From Oceanispirochaeta sp. (GTDB taxonomy: Bacteria; Spirochaetota; Spirochaetia; DSM-2461): a stretch of DNA of 64,000 nt. Both the position numbers and the translations under genes were made by a program. Positions 9,014 to 19,228 of this stretch are shown here, in pieces. The stretch spans positions 1,408,001 to 1,472,000 of the forward strand of contig CAXXXD010000003.1 in assembly GCA_963663385.2 (NCBI GenBank), written 5' to 3'. Numbering within the stretch: the first letter of the stretch is position 1; each line of letters opens with the position of its first letter. Below the pieces are notes generated by a model, which searched no databases, was not told the origin of the DNA, and saw nothing but the letters and a program-made list of their open reading frames with translations.

Positions 9014-11475
9014 CTGATCAATTTTCCGAACTTCCCGTTTGCAATCAGGTTGAGCCTTGTAATTTCCATCGATTCATAAGGCTCCTCCTGCATTACTTCC
9101 TTCAAAAATTTTGATATATTATTCATTTTCTTGTTTCTGAATATAGCTCTTACAATTAGAGAACTTTCCTCTATTTTAAATTCATAATCCTTATGAACGT
9201 CCAAATAAATGGCCGCAGTATTCAGCGTTTCTACGAAATTACTCAGTTCATCATCAGATTTCCTATTGCAGAAATCAATACGATACTCAGATCCGGCATA
9301 AAGTCCCATAAGGTTTTTTTTCTTTTTTTTCATATCAGTCTGAAGTGGAAAGATTTCCAGACGGTTCACCTCAAACCCGGAAGGCAGATGAGGATTGATC
9401 CTCTCCAGAATCTCCTTATTGCTCAAATCGGGATGAATTTTCATTTCAACTCCGAGGATCTCGGCTTCTCCTGAGATTCCAACGGATAAAGGATGCGCAA
9501 ATTCCATCTTCGGTTTAGGATTGAATCCTTCCGAGAACCTGACTGGAAGACCGGAACACTGCAGAGCTCTTTCAAAAATATGGACCGTATCCAAATGCCC
9601 CAGGAATATGGCCCGATCCTTCTTTGAAAAAGAAAATACCGCCTTAACAGCCTGATCCTGAGAATAGATAGTTTCCTGCTCAGGGTTTTCCGACTCATTA
9701 AAATCAAAATTGTATTCATCCGGGTATTTTACTCCAAGCTCTTTACCGCAGACACCGCAAGGAGTCTCACACTCTGTACGGCAGGGATCGGTACGCTCAG
9801 ATTTCCCGGATTTTTCATATTCATCCCGAAGATATTTGGTGCTGACCCTAAGGGAGATATCATCCCAGGGAAGTGATTCGGTTTTGTCTTTGGCCCGACA
9901 GGTTTCAGCTTCGACATCCCAGTCAGCCTCTTCCACCACTCTCCTCCAGATATCCCTGTCGTGATGTTCGTCCCAGGCATCGAAGCGGGCTCCGTAGCCA
10001 TAGGCTTTCTCGATCAATGCCCCGGTTCGCTCATCTCCTCTACTGACAATTCCCTCGACGAAAGATGAATAGGGAGAATGGAAACCGACTTTGAAGTTTT
10101 TTCCTCTCAGTCCATCCCTGATAATTTTTATCTCTTTAAATCCTTCGCTGTCAGTCATCTGTCTGGCACGTTCAAACGGGGTATGTGGTTTTGGAATGAA
10201 AACAGCAACAGTTACATTGATTTTAATACGGGTCTCAGCCTGAATTTCCTGAAGATAATCAACAATAGCCTGACCTTCGGAGCGATCTCCAGTATCAACA
10301 GGTAATCCAACCATAAAATAGAATTTGGCCAGCTTCCATCCTCTGTTCTTCGCTTCGTTCAGGATGCTTATAATTTTATCTCTGGACACATCTTTATTGA
10401 TGGAGGCCTGACCGGTCTTATCCGGAGTTTCCACAGCAAAAGTCAACCCGCTTTTTCTTACAACAGAAAGCTGCTCCAGAATATCCATATTTAGAGAATT
10501 GACATGAAGAGACGGTAGCTGGAAAGATATATGCCTGTCCTGATAACGACGGTTTAGCTCTTTAATCAAAGGGTGAATTCCCTGATAATCTCCTGAGGAA
10601 AGAGATGTGAGTGTAATATTTCTGAAGCCGCATTCTGAAACCAGATACTCAACTTCCTTAAAAATAAGAGGAATATTTTTCTGTCTGAACGGACGGTAAA
10701 AAAAACCTGCATGACAGAATCTACAGCCATTTGAACAACCGCGCATGATCTCTACAACCCCATGCTCCTGAACGGTAGTCAAGGAAGCCAGGGGCATATT
10801 GCTGCCCTTCTCTATAGATTTCCCGAATCCGGTATAGACAGACCGGACTGTTCTGTTTTCTTTTCCGGGATACCAGTATGCCGGATCCTTTTTGATTATA
10901 TTAAAAAGATCCTCCCTGATTGCCCCGGCCTTTTTAGCATCAACAAGCTCTGCGCCGTAGTTTTCAACAAAAGGTTCCCCTTCCCCGATATAAACAGCAT
11001 CCACAAAATCAGAAAATGCCGCCGGATTTGTTGCAGAGGGGCCGCCGGCAAGAATAAGCGGGTGGGCAGAGTTTCTATCCTCCCGCCTGATAGGGATCTG
11101 ACCAACATCCATAATGGTCAGCATATTGGTTATGGTGAGCTCATACCCCATGGAAAAAGCCAGGATATCAAGCTTATTCAGGGGAATACCTGATTCCAGT
11201 GTGAATAAGGGGATATTTTTATTCCTGAGGATCTCTTCAAAATCCATAAAGGGAGCGAAAACCCGCTCACATTGAATACCTGGCACACTGTTATAGCGGT
11301 TATAAAGAATCCTGACAGCCTGATTCGACATACCGATCTCATAAAGGTCGGGAAAGGAAATGGCCATTTTCAATGGTTGTTCCTCAGGATAATAATAACT
11401 ACCTATCTCACCGCCTGTATAACGGGCCGGTTTGGAAACTTGAAGCAATTCTTTTTTTAAATCTTTATATATCAA
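8983..11475 (-). CDS. TIGR03960-type radical SAM protein fused to a TIGR03936-type C-terminal domain
   Basis: FPDLYEIGMSN, RGCSNGCRFC (CxxxCxxC), LPWD...CxxCGVC, then FLGHLD...FSEGFNPKPK. Confidence 0.88.
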   Translation of the reverse strand: MIYKDLKKELLQVSKPARYTGGEIGSYYYPEEQPLKMAISFPDLYEIGMSNQAVRILYNRYNSVPGIQCERVFAPFMDFEEILRNKNIPLFTLESGIPLNKLDILAFSMGYELTITNMLTIMDVGQIPIRREDRNSAHPLILAGGPSATNPAAFSDFVDAVYIGEGEPFVENYGAELVDAKKAGAIREDLFNIIKKDPAYWYPGKENRTVRSVYTGFGKSIEKGSNMPLASLTTVQEHGVVEIMRGCSNGCRFCHAGFFYRPFRQKNIPLIFKEVEYLVSECGFRNITLTSLSSGDYQGIHPLIKELNRRYQDRHISFQLPSLHVNSLNMDILEQLSVVRKSGLTFAVETPDKTGQASINKDVSRDKIISILNEAKNRGWKLAKFYFMVGLPVDTGDRSEGQAIVDYLQEIQAETRIKINVTVAVFIPKPHTPFERARQMTDSEGFKEIKIIRDGLRGKNFKVGFHSPYSSFVEGIVSRGDERTGALIEKAYGYGARFDAWDEHHDRDIWRRVVEEADWDVEAETCRAKDKTESLPWDDISLRVSTKYLRDEYEKSGKSERTDPCRTECETPCGVCGKELGVKYPDEYNFDFNESENPEQETIYSQDQAVKAVFSFSKKDRAIFLGHLDTVHIFERALQCSGLPVRFSEGFNPKPKMEFAHPLSVGISGEAEILGVEMKIHPDLSNKEILERINPHLPSGFEVNRLEIFPLQTDMKKKKKNLMGLYAGSEYRIDFCNRKSDDELSNFVETLNTAAIYLDVHKDYEFKIEESSLIVRAIFRNKKMNNISKFLKEVMQEEPYESMEITRLNLIANGKFGKLISYLDLDSSQS

Positions 11476-11486
11476 AACGTTACTCT

Positions 11487-12815
11487 CTAATTGGTATTTT
11501 TATATCGCCTATGATAAATACTGAGAAGAATCCCCATTCCCATCAGGATAGTCCACAGGGACGAACCGCCATAAGAAAGGAAAAGCAGAGGAATACCCAT
11601 AATGGGCATAATTCCAATAGCCATTCCTATATTAATCATGAAATGAAAGAATATCATACCTACCATTCCGGCTGCAATGAGAGATCCGAAGACATCTCTT
11701 GATTTTATAATTATATTGAGACAACGCCATAGGATAATCATAAAAAGGCTGATAATGACAAGGTTACCCACAAAGCCTATTTCTTCCGAGATTATTGAAA
11801 AAATAAAGTCCGTACTCTGTTCAGGCAGGTACCTGTAATGGGATTGGGTCCCCTTCAAAAAACCCTTTCCGAATGCACCGCCTGACCCTACGGCTGTTAC
11901 TGATTGAATAATATTCCAACCGGCCCCTTTGGGATCGACCTGGGGATCAAGGAACACAATAAGCCGCATTACCTGATAGTCTTTAAGGACCACTCTGAAA
12001 AGAAAAGAGAAGATGTAGGACAATCCGAATATTGTAAAACTATACATCATACAGTAGAAATAAACCCTTCTTGAGAGGAGATATCCCACCAGAGATAGGA
12101 TTATAATAACAAAGCTTACAATGCTGATGATTTTCATAATCATTGGGTCTGTGAAAACAATCATACTGTTAATCTTTACATCAGCAATAAACATTTCCCA
12201 GTAGGGAAGTACCGAAAAAACAATAGTACAAAGGCCGGTAACCAGAATAAAAAGGATATACCTTACCTTGCCTCCGGCAATAAACATAGCCGAAAGGAAA
12301 ATGGGGATAAACACCATAGCGGTTCCCATATCCGGCTGCAAAAGAATAAGCCCCATAGGCATCAGAACGATAGTAAAAGCTATAATAAAAACAAGGGGAC
12401 TCCTGATCCGGGATCGGTTATCGCTTAAATAGGAACTGAGGAAGAATATAGTAGCCAGTTTAGCTATTTCTGAAGGTTGAATACCCAGAGCGCCAATTCC
12501 AAGCCATGATCTGGCACCGTTGACAACGGCACCGAAAAGCAGAGTGAGAACAAGCATAAGTATGGTAATAAAATACAAAGGAAATGCAAGACTTTTTATC
12601 TTTCTATAATCCGTAAAGGCAAAAACAAGCATGATTACAGTACCCGTAGCGACCCAGATGATCTGCTTGATATACTCATTGGTAACTATTATACCGTTGG
12701 AATTCACACCACTGGAATAGATAAAAAAGATTCCGATACACATAAGTATCTCAATAGCAAAGAAAATAAAAAAATCAAACCCGAAAATGGATATGGAATT
12801 CAGTTTAATCTTCAA
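11487..12815 (-). CDS. rodA: rod shape-determining SEDS glycosyltransferase RodA
   Basis: QPSE, LQPDMG, LPEQSTDFIF, SYGGSS; follows mrdA. Confidence 0.96.
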   Translation of the reverse strand: MKIKLNSISIFGFDFFIFFAIEILMCIGIFFIYSSGVNSNGIIVTNEYIKQIIWVATGTVIMLVFAFTDYRKIKSLAFPLYFITILMLVLTLLFGAVVNGARSWLGIGALGIQPSEIAKLATIFFLSSYLSDNRSRIRSPLVFIIAFTIVLMPMGLILLQPDMGTAMVFIPIFLSAMFIAGGKVRYILFILVTGLCTIVFSVLPYWEMFIADVKINSMIVFTDPMIMKIISIVSFVIIILSLVGYLLSRRVYFYCMMYSFTIFGLSYIFSFLFRVVLKDYQVMRLIVFLDPQVDPKGAGWNIIQSVTAVGSGGAFGKGFLKGTQSHYRYLPEQSTDFIFSIISEEIGFVGNLVIISLFMIILWRCLNIIIKSRDVFGSLIAAGMVGMIFFHFMINIGMAIGIMPIMGIPLLFLSYGGSSLWTILMGMGILLSIYHRRYKNTN

Positions 12816-14679
12816 ATTCTTCCTCCAACTGAATATCCCTGGCGTACCAGACTCCGCGATCCTTCATATGCCTTACAACCTCTTCATACGACTGATTGCC
12901 GAAAATCCCCTGGTAGATCATATCTGCCGCCTTGGGGGCCCACCATTCCCAATCGTTCGAGGCTTCCACCATTGTTACTACAACATATTTCTTTCCGGTA
13001 TTATCCTCCGTCCACGGTCCGTATGAAGCAAACCAGGAATGCCAGTTTTCATTACTTCCCACCTCGCCGGTTCCGGTTTTCCCCGCAATATCTACCTTAT
13101 CATTCAGTATAACGACCTTTGCTGTTCCTTCGGTTATAACTGAGCGTAAGTAGGAACGCAGAACTTCAGATTGTTCTTTATCTACATTGGAACTCCGCAT
13201 AATCTCAGGAGATCTCTCTTCCACGACGGTCCCGTTGGTCGGATTAATAACAGATTTAAGAATATGGGGTTTATATATTTCGCCATCATTGACTATGGCG
13301 GCAATCATATTGGCCATCTGAATTGGTGTAGTTGTAACAAATCCCTGCCCTATGGATGCGTTCAGGGTATCTCCGCCAGTCCAGTGGCTGTTATAGGTCT
13401 GCATTTTCCAGGCGGGTGTTGGTATATTACCCGGTACCTCTCCCTGAAGGTCTATATTAGTAAGACTGCCGAAACCGAAGGAACGGGCATATTCTGCAAT
13501 GGTTTCGATTCCCAGATATTCCACTCCAATTGTACCAAAGAAGACATTACAGGACTCAGCCAGAGCCTCCTGCAGGTTGAGTTTGCCATGACCAGTTCTT
13601 TTATGACAGTAGAACAGTCTGTTTCCCAACTCCATACTCCCCTTGCAGTCAACAAGGAAGTTTTTCTCTACAGCCTCCTCCTGTAAAACAGCCGCAGTTA
13701 AAAGGACTTTGAAAGTGGATGCGGGAGCATAGGAAGACTGAATGGCTCTGTTCAAAAAGGGAAAATCCGGATTCAGGGAGAGGGCGCCAAAGCTTTCCGG
13801 CCCGGGGTTATTGAAAAGATTGGGATTGAATCCCGGATAGGAAACCAGGGCCAGGATTTCTCCGGTAGAAGGATCAAGAACAACAACAGACCCCTTTCGC
13901 GGACCTAAAGCTTTTTCTGCCAGTTCCTGAATATGACGGTCTATGGTAAGAACCAGATCATAACCGTTTTCAGGAGGCTGAATACTCCCCTGACTGGACA
14001 TTCTACGCCCTTTTACATCAACAGTATTGAAGATTCTACCATTCTCTCCTCTCAGTATATGATCATATTCTTTTTCAATGCCGTTTTTTCCCAGTACAGC
14101 ACCTGAAGAATACCCCTGATTATACAGAATCTGAAGCTCTTCATTTGTAATATTCCCAACATAGCCCAGAACATGAGAGATGGATCCGGTTTCATTATAA
14201 AACCGCTTTGGCTTGCTACTCCAGCTTATGCCTTTGTAATCATCAATTTTCTCTGCAATTTTAACAATGGTTTCATAGGAAACCCCATCGGCTATTTCAA
14301 CCGGGATATAGGAAGCCACCTGCTTCCCGGGAAGTCGCTTCCATAAATCCTCTTCACTCATATTCATGACTTTTGATAAACGGCTGATTAATTCAGGCAG
14401 TTTATCTCTCTCTGCATCAGCAGAGGTATAGTTAATGGCAAAGGAATCCACATTCATTGCAAGGGGTACGTCAAACCAACGGTCATAGATACGGCCTCTT
14501 TGAGCTGGGATAACCTTCGATCGCTGAGATACTTCCCGAGCCTTTTTTTCATAAATGAGATTGTCTACAATTTGGAGGTTGAAAAGCTTATATATATACA
14601 AGATTACAATCAGAAGAATCAGAACGGCCAGAATATAAACCCGGCTTCTGTCAATCTTCGCATGATCCATACTACTCAT
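12805..14679 (-). CDS. mrdA: penicillin-binding protein 2
   Basis: STFK, SCN and KTG motifs; mreBCD context. Confidence 0.96.
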   Translation of the reverse strand: MSSMDHAKIDRSRVYILAVLILLIVILYIYKLFNLQIVDNLIYEKKAREVSQRSKVIPAQRGRIYDRWFDVPLAMNVDSFAINYTSADAERDKLPELISRLSKVMNMSEEDLWKRLPGKQVASYIPVEIADGVSYETIVKIAEKIDDYKGISWSSKPKRFYNETGSISHVLGYVGNITNEELQILYNQGYSSGAVLGKNGIEKEYDHILRGENGRIFNTVDVKGRRMSSQGSIQPPENGYDLVLTIDRHIQELAEKALGPRKGSVVVLDPSTGEILALVSYPGFNPNLFNNPGPESFGALSLNPDFPFLNRAIQSSYAPASTFKVLLTAAVLQEEAVEKNFLVDCKGSMELGNRLFYCHKRTGHGKLNLQEALAESCNVFFGTIGVEYLGIETIAEYARSFGFGSLTNIDLQGEVPGNIPTPAWKMQTYNSHWTGGDTLNASIGQGFVTTTPIQMANMIAAIVNDGEIYKPHILKSVINPTNGTVVEERSPEIMRSSNVDKEQSEVLRSYLRSVITEGTAKVVILNDKVDIAGKTGTGEVGSNENWHSWFASYGPWTEDNTGKKYVVVTMVEASNDWEWWAPKAADMIYQGIFGNQSYEEVVRHMKDRGVWYARDIQLEEEFED

Positions 14680-14682
14680 AAA

Positions 14683-15183
14683 TTACAATGTTTTCCTTTT
14701 CGGGAAGAGCCAGTCAAGAAGAACTCGCAGCATTTGGAAAATAAGAGGCGCCAAAAGGGCATTAAGAACTATTTCCAGAAAGAAACCATTTGAAAATACC
14801 ATTACAGAATCTATTGAAATATGGAACAGTTCGATAAGTAAAACAGATAAGACACCTTTAAAAATCGTTACCACAATAAGCGTTATAATTGGAAAGATAA
14901 TAGGATCCATTAAAAGACGCTCATGAAACAGACCTGTCAAAAATCCAATAACAGTTTTTATAAAGCAGTTAAATCCGAGGGGTGACAAACTAAGGAAATC
15001 TTCCATCAATCCTGAAGCAAAGCCACTGAACTGACTTGTACTGCTCCCAAAGCGAAGGGAAAAATAAACCAGAATAATAAGAGAAAGATCGGGAGAGATC
15101 CTGAAGGGCAGATAGTGAAAAACTGTTGTCTGCAACAGGATTCCTACAAAGAGCAGAAGTACCAATACCAGGTGTTTTTTCAT
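14683..15183 (-). CDS. mreD: rod shape-determining protein MreD
   Basis: Hydrophobic protein with PDL and GLMED motifs, between mreC and mrdA. Confidence 0.92.
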   Translation of the reverse strand: MKKHLVLVLLLFVGILLQTTVFHYLPFRISPDLSLIILVYFSLRFGSSTSQFSGFASGLMEDFLSLSPLGFNCFIKTVIGFLTGLFHERLLMDPIIFPIITLIVVTIFKGVLSVLLIELFHISIDSVMVFSNGFFLEIVLNALLAPLIFQMLRVLLDWLFPKRKTL

Positions 15184-16037
15184 TTGAGATCTCCTGAATT
15201 TCCTTCTGTGAGCACAAATATATATTCCAGTTTTGAAAAATCAATCACCGGTACGACTTCAATTTCAAGAGACGTATTATATTCCCTGGAAGTAATACTC
15301 TGAACCCTTCCAATATAAATCCCCTTGGGATAGAGAGACTCCATGCCCGATGTTATAATCAGGTCATTATTTTGGATTTCTGATTTGGCGATTTTTTTTA
15401 CATAATTCATAATAAGGTTTTTTTCATTGCTGCCCAGCCCGTTTATCAGACCTTCATAGCGGGCATCCTGAAACCGAGCCGCAACATAGCTTGTACTGTC
15501 ATAAATTGGTAGAATAATGGAAGAACCGTAACCTGCGTCAATTACCTTCCCTACAAGACCGATTATTCCGTCCTGATATGCTGTAACGGGCATACCCTTC
15601 CGGACGCCATGCCGCCGTCCCTTATTGATCATAAAGGATGAAAAAACATTAACCGGGTCCTTGGCGATAATTTCTGCCGGGATATGAGACGTTTCAAAGG
15701 ATTCAGAAAAATCCAGCTGCTCTTTAAGCATAATGTTTTCTCTTCGGATTTCTTCAATATTCTTATCCATTTTTTCGTATTCATTGAGTTTCTGCAAAGT
15801 TTTGTCATATTCAACTTTGAGATTCTTCAATTCATTTATGGAATTTACTGTTCCTGAAAACCAGTGAACAGTACCGAATATTCCCTTCTGAAAAACCGAT
15901 AAAACACTCATCCCAACCTGTTTGGGATTGGATAGACGTGAGTTTGTTGAAAAAACAAGCAGGGTCAGGCTTATCAGTAACAGTAATATGAACGTGGGCA
16001 GCTTTTTCATACTGCTGCCCTGTATCTGTCGACTCAT
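15180..16037 (-). CDS. mreC: rod shape-determining protein MreC
   Basis: TM, coiled coil, INKG, GLVGKV, TSG...YPKGIYIG. Confidence 0.95.
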   Translation of the reverse strand: MSRQIQGSSMKKLPTFILLLLISLTLLVFSTNSRLSNPKQVGMSVLSVFQKGIFGTVHWFSGTVNSINELKNLKVEYDKTLQKLNEYEKMDKNIEEIRRENIMLKEQLDFSESFETSHIPAEIIAKDPVNVFSSFMINKGRRHGVRKGMPVTAYQDGIIGLVGKVIDAGYGSSIILPIYDSTSYVAARFQDARYEGLINGLGSNEKNLIMNYVKKIAKSEIQNNDLIITSGMESLYPKGIYIGRVQSITSREYNTSLEIEVVPVIDFSKLEYIFVLTEGNSGDLK

Positions 16038-16046
16038 GTTAAGCTA

Positions 16047-17096
16047 TCAGGCGTTCAGATTATCATAAATGCTGCGACTGCTGTTTGCTCCCTTCTCGTA
16101 CTCAAAGTACATTCCAGCACCCAGTGCAACACAGAGGAGTGGATTCTCAGCAAGGATAACAGGAACACCGGTCTCTTTAGAGAGAAGTTTGGGAAGGCCT
16201 TTCAGAGCAGATCCGCCGCCAGTCATCACAATTCCTCGCTCTACAATATCGGAAGCCAATTCCGGAGGAGTCTGACCAAGAGTCCTTTTAACTTCTTCCA
16301 CAATGGCATTTATTGGTTCCTGCAGGGCTTCCCTTACCTCAACGGAGTCTATTTCAAGTCGTCTGGGAAGGCCGGTAATGGCATCAGTACCCTTAATTTC
16401 CATCTTTTCTATTTTATTATCCGGAGCGGCATTGCCAATATTGATCTTCAGACGCTCTGCCGTTTGTTCTCCTATAATGAGGTTGTGAACATTTCTGACA
16501 TGTTTAATAATTGCCACATCAAAACTGTCACCGGCCAAACGTATGGCATTGGTTACAACCATACCTCCAAGAGAAATAACGGAGATTTCAGTTGTTCCTC
16601 CGCCGATATCGCATACCATATGACCGGCAGGTTCAAATATGGGAATATCCGCACCGATAGCTGCGGCAAGAGATTCCTCAATAATTTTGACTTCCCTTGC
16701 TCCCGCTTTAAAAGCAGCCTCCTCAACAGCTCTTCGTTCAACTTCAGTAATACAGGAAGGAACACCTATAACCATTCTGGGCTTAACGATCCATCGTTTC
16801 GGGAGAACCTTTGCTATAAAGAAACGGATCATTTTTTCAGTTGATTCCATATCTGCTATAACACCGTCTCGAAGAGGTCTTATAGCGAGGATATCTCCGG
16901 GAGTTTTCCAAAGCATTCTCTTTGCTTCAGTTCCGACAGCAACAACTTTCTTTGTTCCCCGTTCAATGGCCACAACAGAAGGCTCACTACTGACAATACC
17001 TTTTCCCCTGACATAAATTAAAGTATTACAAGTTCCAAGATCAATTCCTATATCTGTTGAAAAACCGCTGAACAGTTTATTATTAGAGCGAGCCAT
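16047..17096 (-). CDS. mreB: actin-like MreB
   Basis: IGIDLGT, EPSVVA, DIGGGT motifs. Confidence 0.98.
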   Translation of the reverse strand: MARSNNKLFSGFSTDIGIDLGTCNTLIYVRGKGIVSSEPSVVAIERGTKKVVAVGTEAKRMLWKTPGDILAIRPLRDGVIADMESTEKMIRFFIAKVLPKRWIVKPRMVIGVPSCITEVERRAVEEAAFKAGAREVKIIEESLAAAIGADIPIFEPAGHMVCDIGGGTTEISVISLGGMVVTNAIRLAGDSFDVAIIKHVRNVHNLIIGEQTAERLKINIGNAAPDNKIEKMEIKGTDAITGLPRRLEIDSVEVREALQEPINAIVEEVKRTLGQTPPELASDIVERGIVMTGGGSALKGLPKLLSKETGVPVILAENPLLCVALGAGMYFEYEKGANSSRSIYDNLNA

Positions 17097-17128
17097 AATT
17101 CCTCCAAGTATTCAAATTATAATTAGTT

Positions 17129-18055
17129 CTAATTGTACAATCTTAACCTTGCTCCGCGATGCTCCGGATCCAGCCTGAGGGTCTTATGCCATTCACTTCG
17201 GGCATCACCAAACTGATCCAGATAAAAATAAACCTCTCCCAACAGAAAATGAGCCTCAACTCCAGTAGGATCGAGTTCATTCAACTGAATAAACGTATCG
17301 CGGGCCATTGAGAGATTTTTTATATCATAATAGAGTTTTCCCAGTTGAAAAAGCCCCTTTTTCTTTAAAGATTCATCCTTGGTTTCAGAAATGAGAATGT
17401 TATAGTAATCTGCGGATTTTTCGTATTTACCGTAATTGAAACAATCTTCAGCGATTTTCAAATACAAGCGGTCCGAATCATAATAAGTCAGTGCCTGTTC
17501 ATAATACTCAATACTCTTTTCAAAATTTCCCAGAATAGAGTATGCCTCACCCATATGTTCATAGGTATCTGAGCTCTCATATCCCATATCCCGGGAGTTC
17601 TGCAGATATTTCAGAGAAAGATCAGCATAGTATTTTCCCTTTAAAAGGTAGGATTTACCAAGTGTGTAGTATACTATTTCCTTTTTGGGAACACTCTCAA
17701 GTATCAGGAGCTTTCTTAAAGCTACAATAGCCAGATTCAGATAAAACCGTTCCTCCTGAACCGAGATCTGTGATAATGCAAGATAGTAGGCGGACAGTCC
17801 TGTAAACAGAAGACTGTTGGGCTCCATCGGGTTGCTTTCAAGATTATTCTGAGTTATGGAGAGGATTTCACTGTACTGGTGATTATTCCAGTACTCCAAT
17901 AGATTCTGATCGGCGGGATGAGAGTTAATCTGCTCGGAGAATTTGTCCGCGCCCCTCAGCAGACTCCATAAAATAAGAGGTGCAACAGTCAGAAAAAAAA
18001 CGAGGAATAGAAGAGAAATCCCTTTTTTTTGCATTCTCCGTTCATTTTTTTTCAC
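17129..18055 (-). CDS. membrane-anchored TPR protein
   Basis: N-terminal TM then multiple TPR-like repeats. Confidence 0.85.
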   Translation of the reverse strand: MKKNERRMQKKGISLLFLVFFLTVAPLILWSLLRGADKFSEQINSHPADQNLLEYWNNHQYSEILSITQNNLESNPMEPNSLLFTGLSAYYLALSQISVQEERFYLNLAIVALRKLLILESVPKKEIVYYTLGKSYLLKGKYYADLSLKYLQNSRDMGYESSDTYEHMGEAYSILGNFEKSIEYYEQALTYYDSDRLYLKIAEDCFNYGKYEKSADYYNILISETKDESLKKKGLFQLGKLYYDIKNLSMARDTFIQLNELDPTGVEAHFLLGEVYFYLDQFGDARSEWHKTLRLDPEHRGARLRLYN

Positions 18056-18080
18056 AATTTCCCCTCATAAATATAAAAAA

Positions 18081-18417
18081 AACAGGTCCATAAGCCGGGT
18101 TCTGTCAAAGGACTGCCATCTATCTGAGCCAAATGTTACCAGATGGCTTTAGCAATCTACCCGCAGGCAATAGACGAGAAATCCTGCCTGCTGCTTGATC
18201 TTGCTCCTGATGAGGTTTATCCTGCCTCCTCCGTTACCGGAGGAGCGGTGGGCTCTTACCCCGCCTTTTCACCCTTACCCCGAAGGGCGGTCTGTTTTCT
18301 GTGACACTTTCTGTCATTCCCCCGGAAGGGAATGCCCGGGAGTTACCCGGCATCATTCTCTATGGAGCCCGGACTTTCCTCTACCGGAAAATTCCGGCAG
18401 CGGCAGTCGGACCTGTT
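18081..18417 (-). ncRNA. rnpB: RNase P RNA
   Basis: Minus strand has GAGGAAAGTCCGGGCTCC near the 5' end and ACAGAACCCGGCTTAT near the 3' end; termini AACAGGTCC/GGACCTGTT pair as P1. Confidence 0.97.
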
Positions 18418-18427
18418 AATATTTACT

Positions 18428-19213
18428 TTAGTCGAGATCGAAGTCATCCACCAGATCGGAAAGTCCTCCGACTTCAGCGGTCATATAGGTAGACTGATCT
18501 TCTGTCTCTGATTCCTGGAAGAAAAGGATACGGCTGCAATAGGGGCAGAAAAGTATCTCTTCACCCTTACGAACATCATTAACGAACTGCCGGGGAAGAA
18601 TCATATGACAACCGTTACAGATACCGCTTATAACAGGAACAATACCCAAACCGGATTTATTACGGATAATCCTTTCGAATTTAAAAAGGATATCCTCCTC
18701 CATACCAGGTACAACTTCCGCTTCTTCTTCCTGAAGCTTTGTCAGGAGTTCTTCTTTACTGAGTTTTTCAGCGTCATTTTTCTCCTGTTCAACCTTTAGC
18801 TCATCTTCCTGCTGGGAGATCATCTGTTCTTCCCGCTGAAGATTATTAAGCATATCCTCCAGAGCTCTCTCTTCCCGTTGAATATCACGACGGAGTTTCT
18901 GCTCTTTTTCAGTGGCATCCTTGATCTCTTTTTCAAGAGCTTCATACTCACGCTGGGTGGAAATAACATCCATCCTTTTCTCGAACTCTTCTCTCAGCCT
19001 TTCAGCTTCACCCATCTCATGTTTGAGGACCTTGATCTTCTCTTTTGTATTTTCATACAATTCATTCTTTTCGATGTAGGATTTTTTAAGACGGTTTAAC
19101 AACTCAGTCTTAGTAGCGAGATTTTTGGGGATCCCCTCAATTTCCTTCTCAATATCGAATTTCTGAGACAGGATTTCCTGCAATTTCTGCAATTTATCAA
19201 ATGTTCCCTGCAT
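18428..19213 (-). CDS. coiled-coil C4 zinc-ribbon protein (DUF164, CT398/HP0958-like)
   Basis: Long coiled coil then CNGCHM...CPYC. Confidence 0.9.
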   Translation of the reverse strand: MQGTFDKLQKLQEILSQKFDIEKEIEGIPKNLATKTELLNRLKKSYIEKNELYENTKEKIKVLKHEMGEAERLREEFEKRMDVISTQREYEALEKEIKDATEKEQKLRRDIQREERALEDMLNNLQREEQMISQQEDELKVEQEKNDAEKLSKEELLTKLQEEEAEVVPGMEEDILFKFERIIRNKSGLGIVPVISGICNGCHMILPRQFVNDVRKGEEILFCPYCSRILFFQESETEDQSTYMTAEVGGLSDLVDDFDLD

Positions 19214-19228
19214 GGTTAATACCTCTTA

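Noticed and set aside
18195..18492. Two short plus-strand ORFs
   Set aside because: Antisense to rnpB
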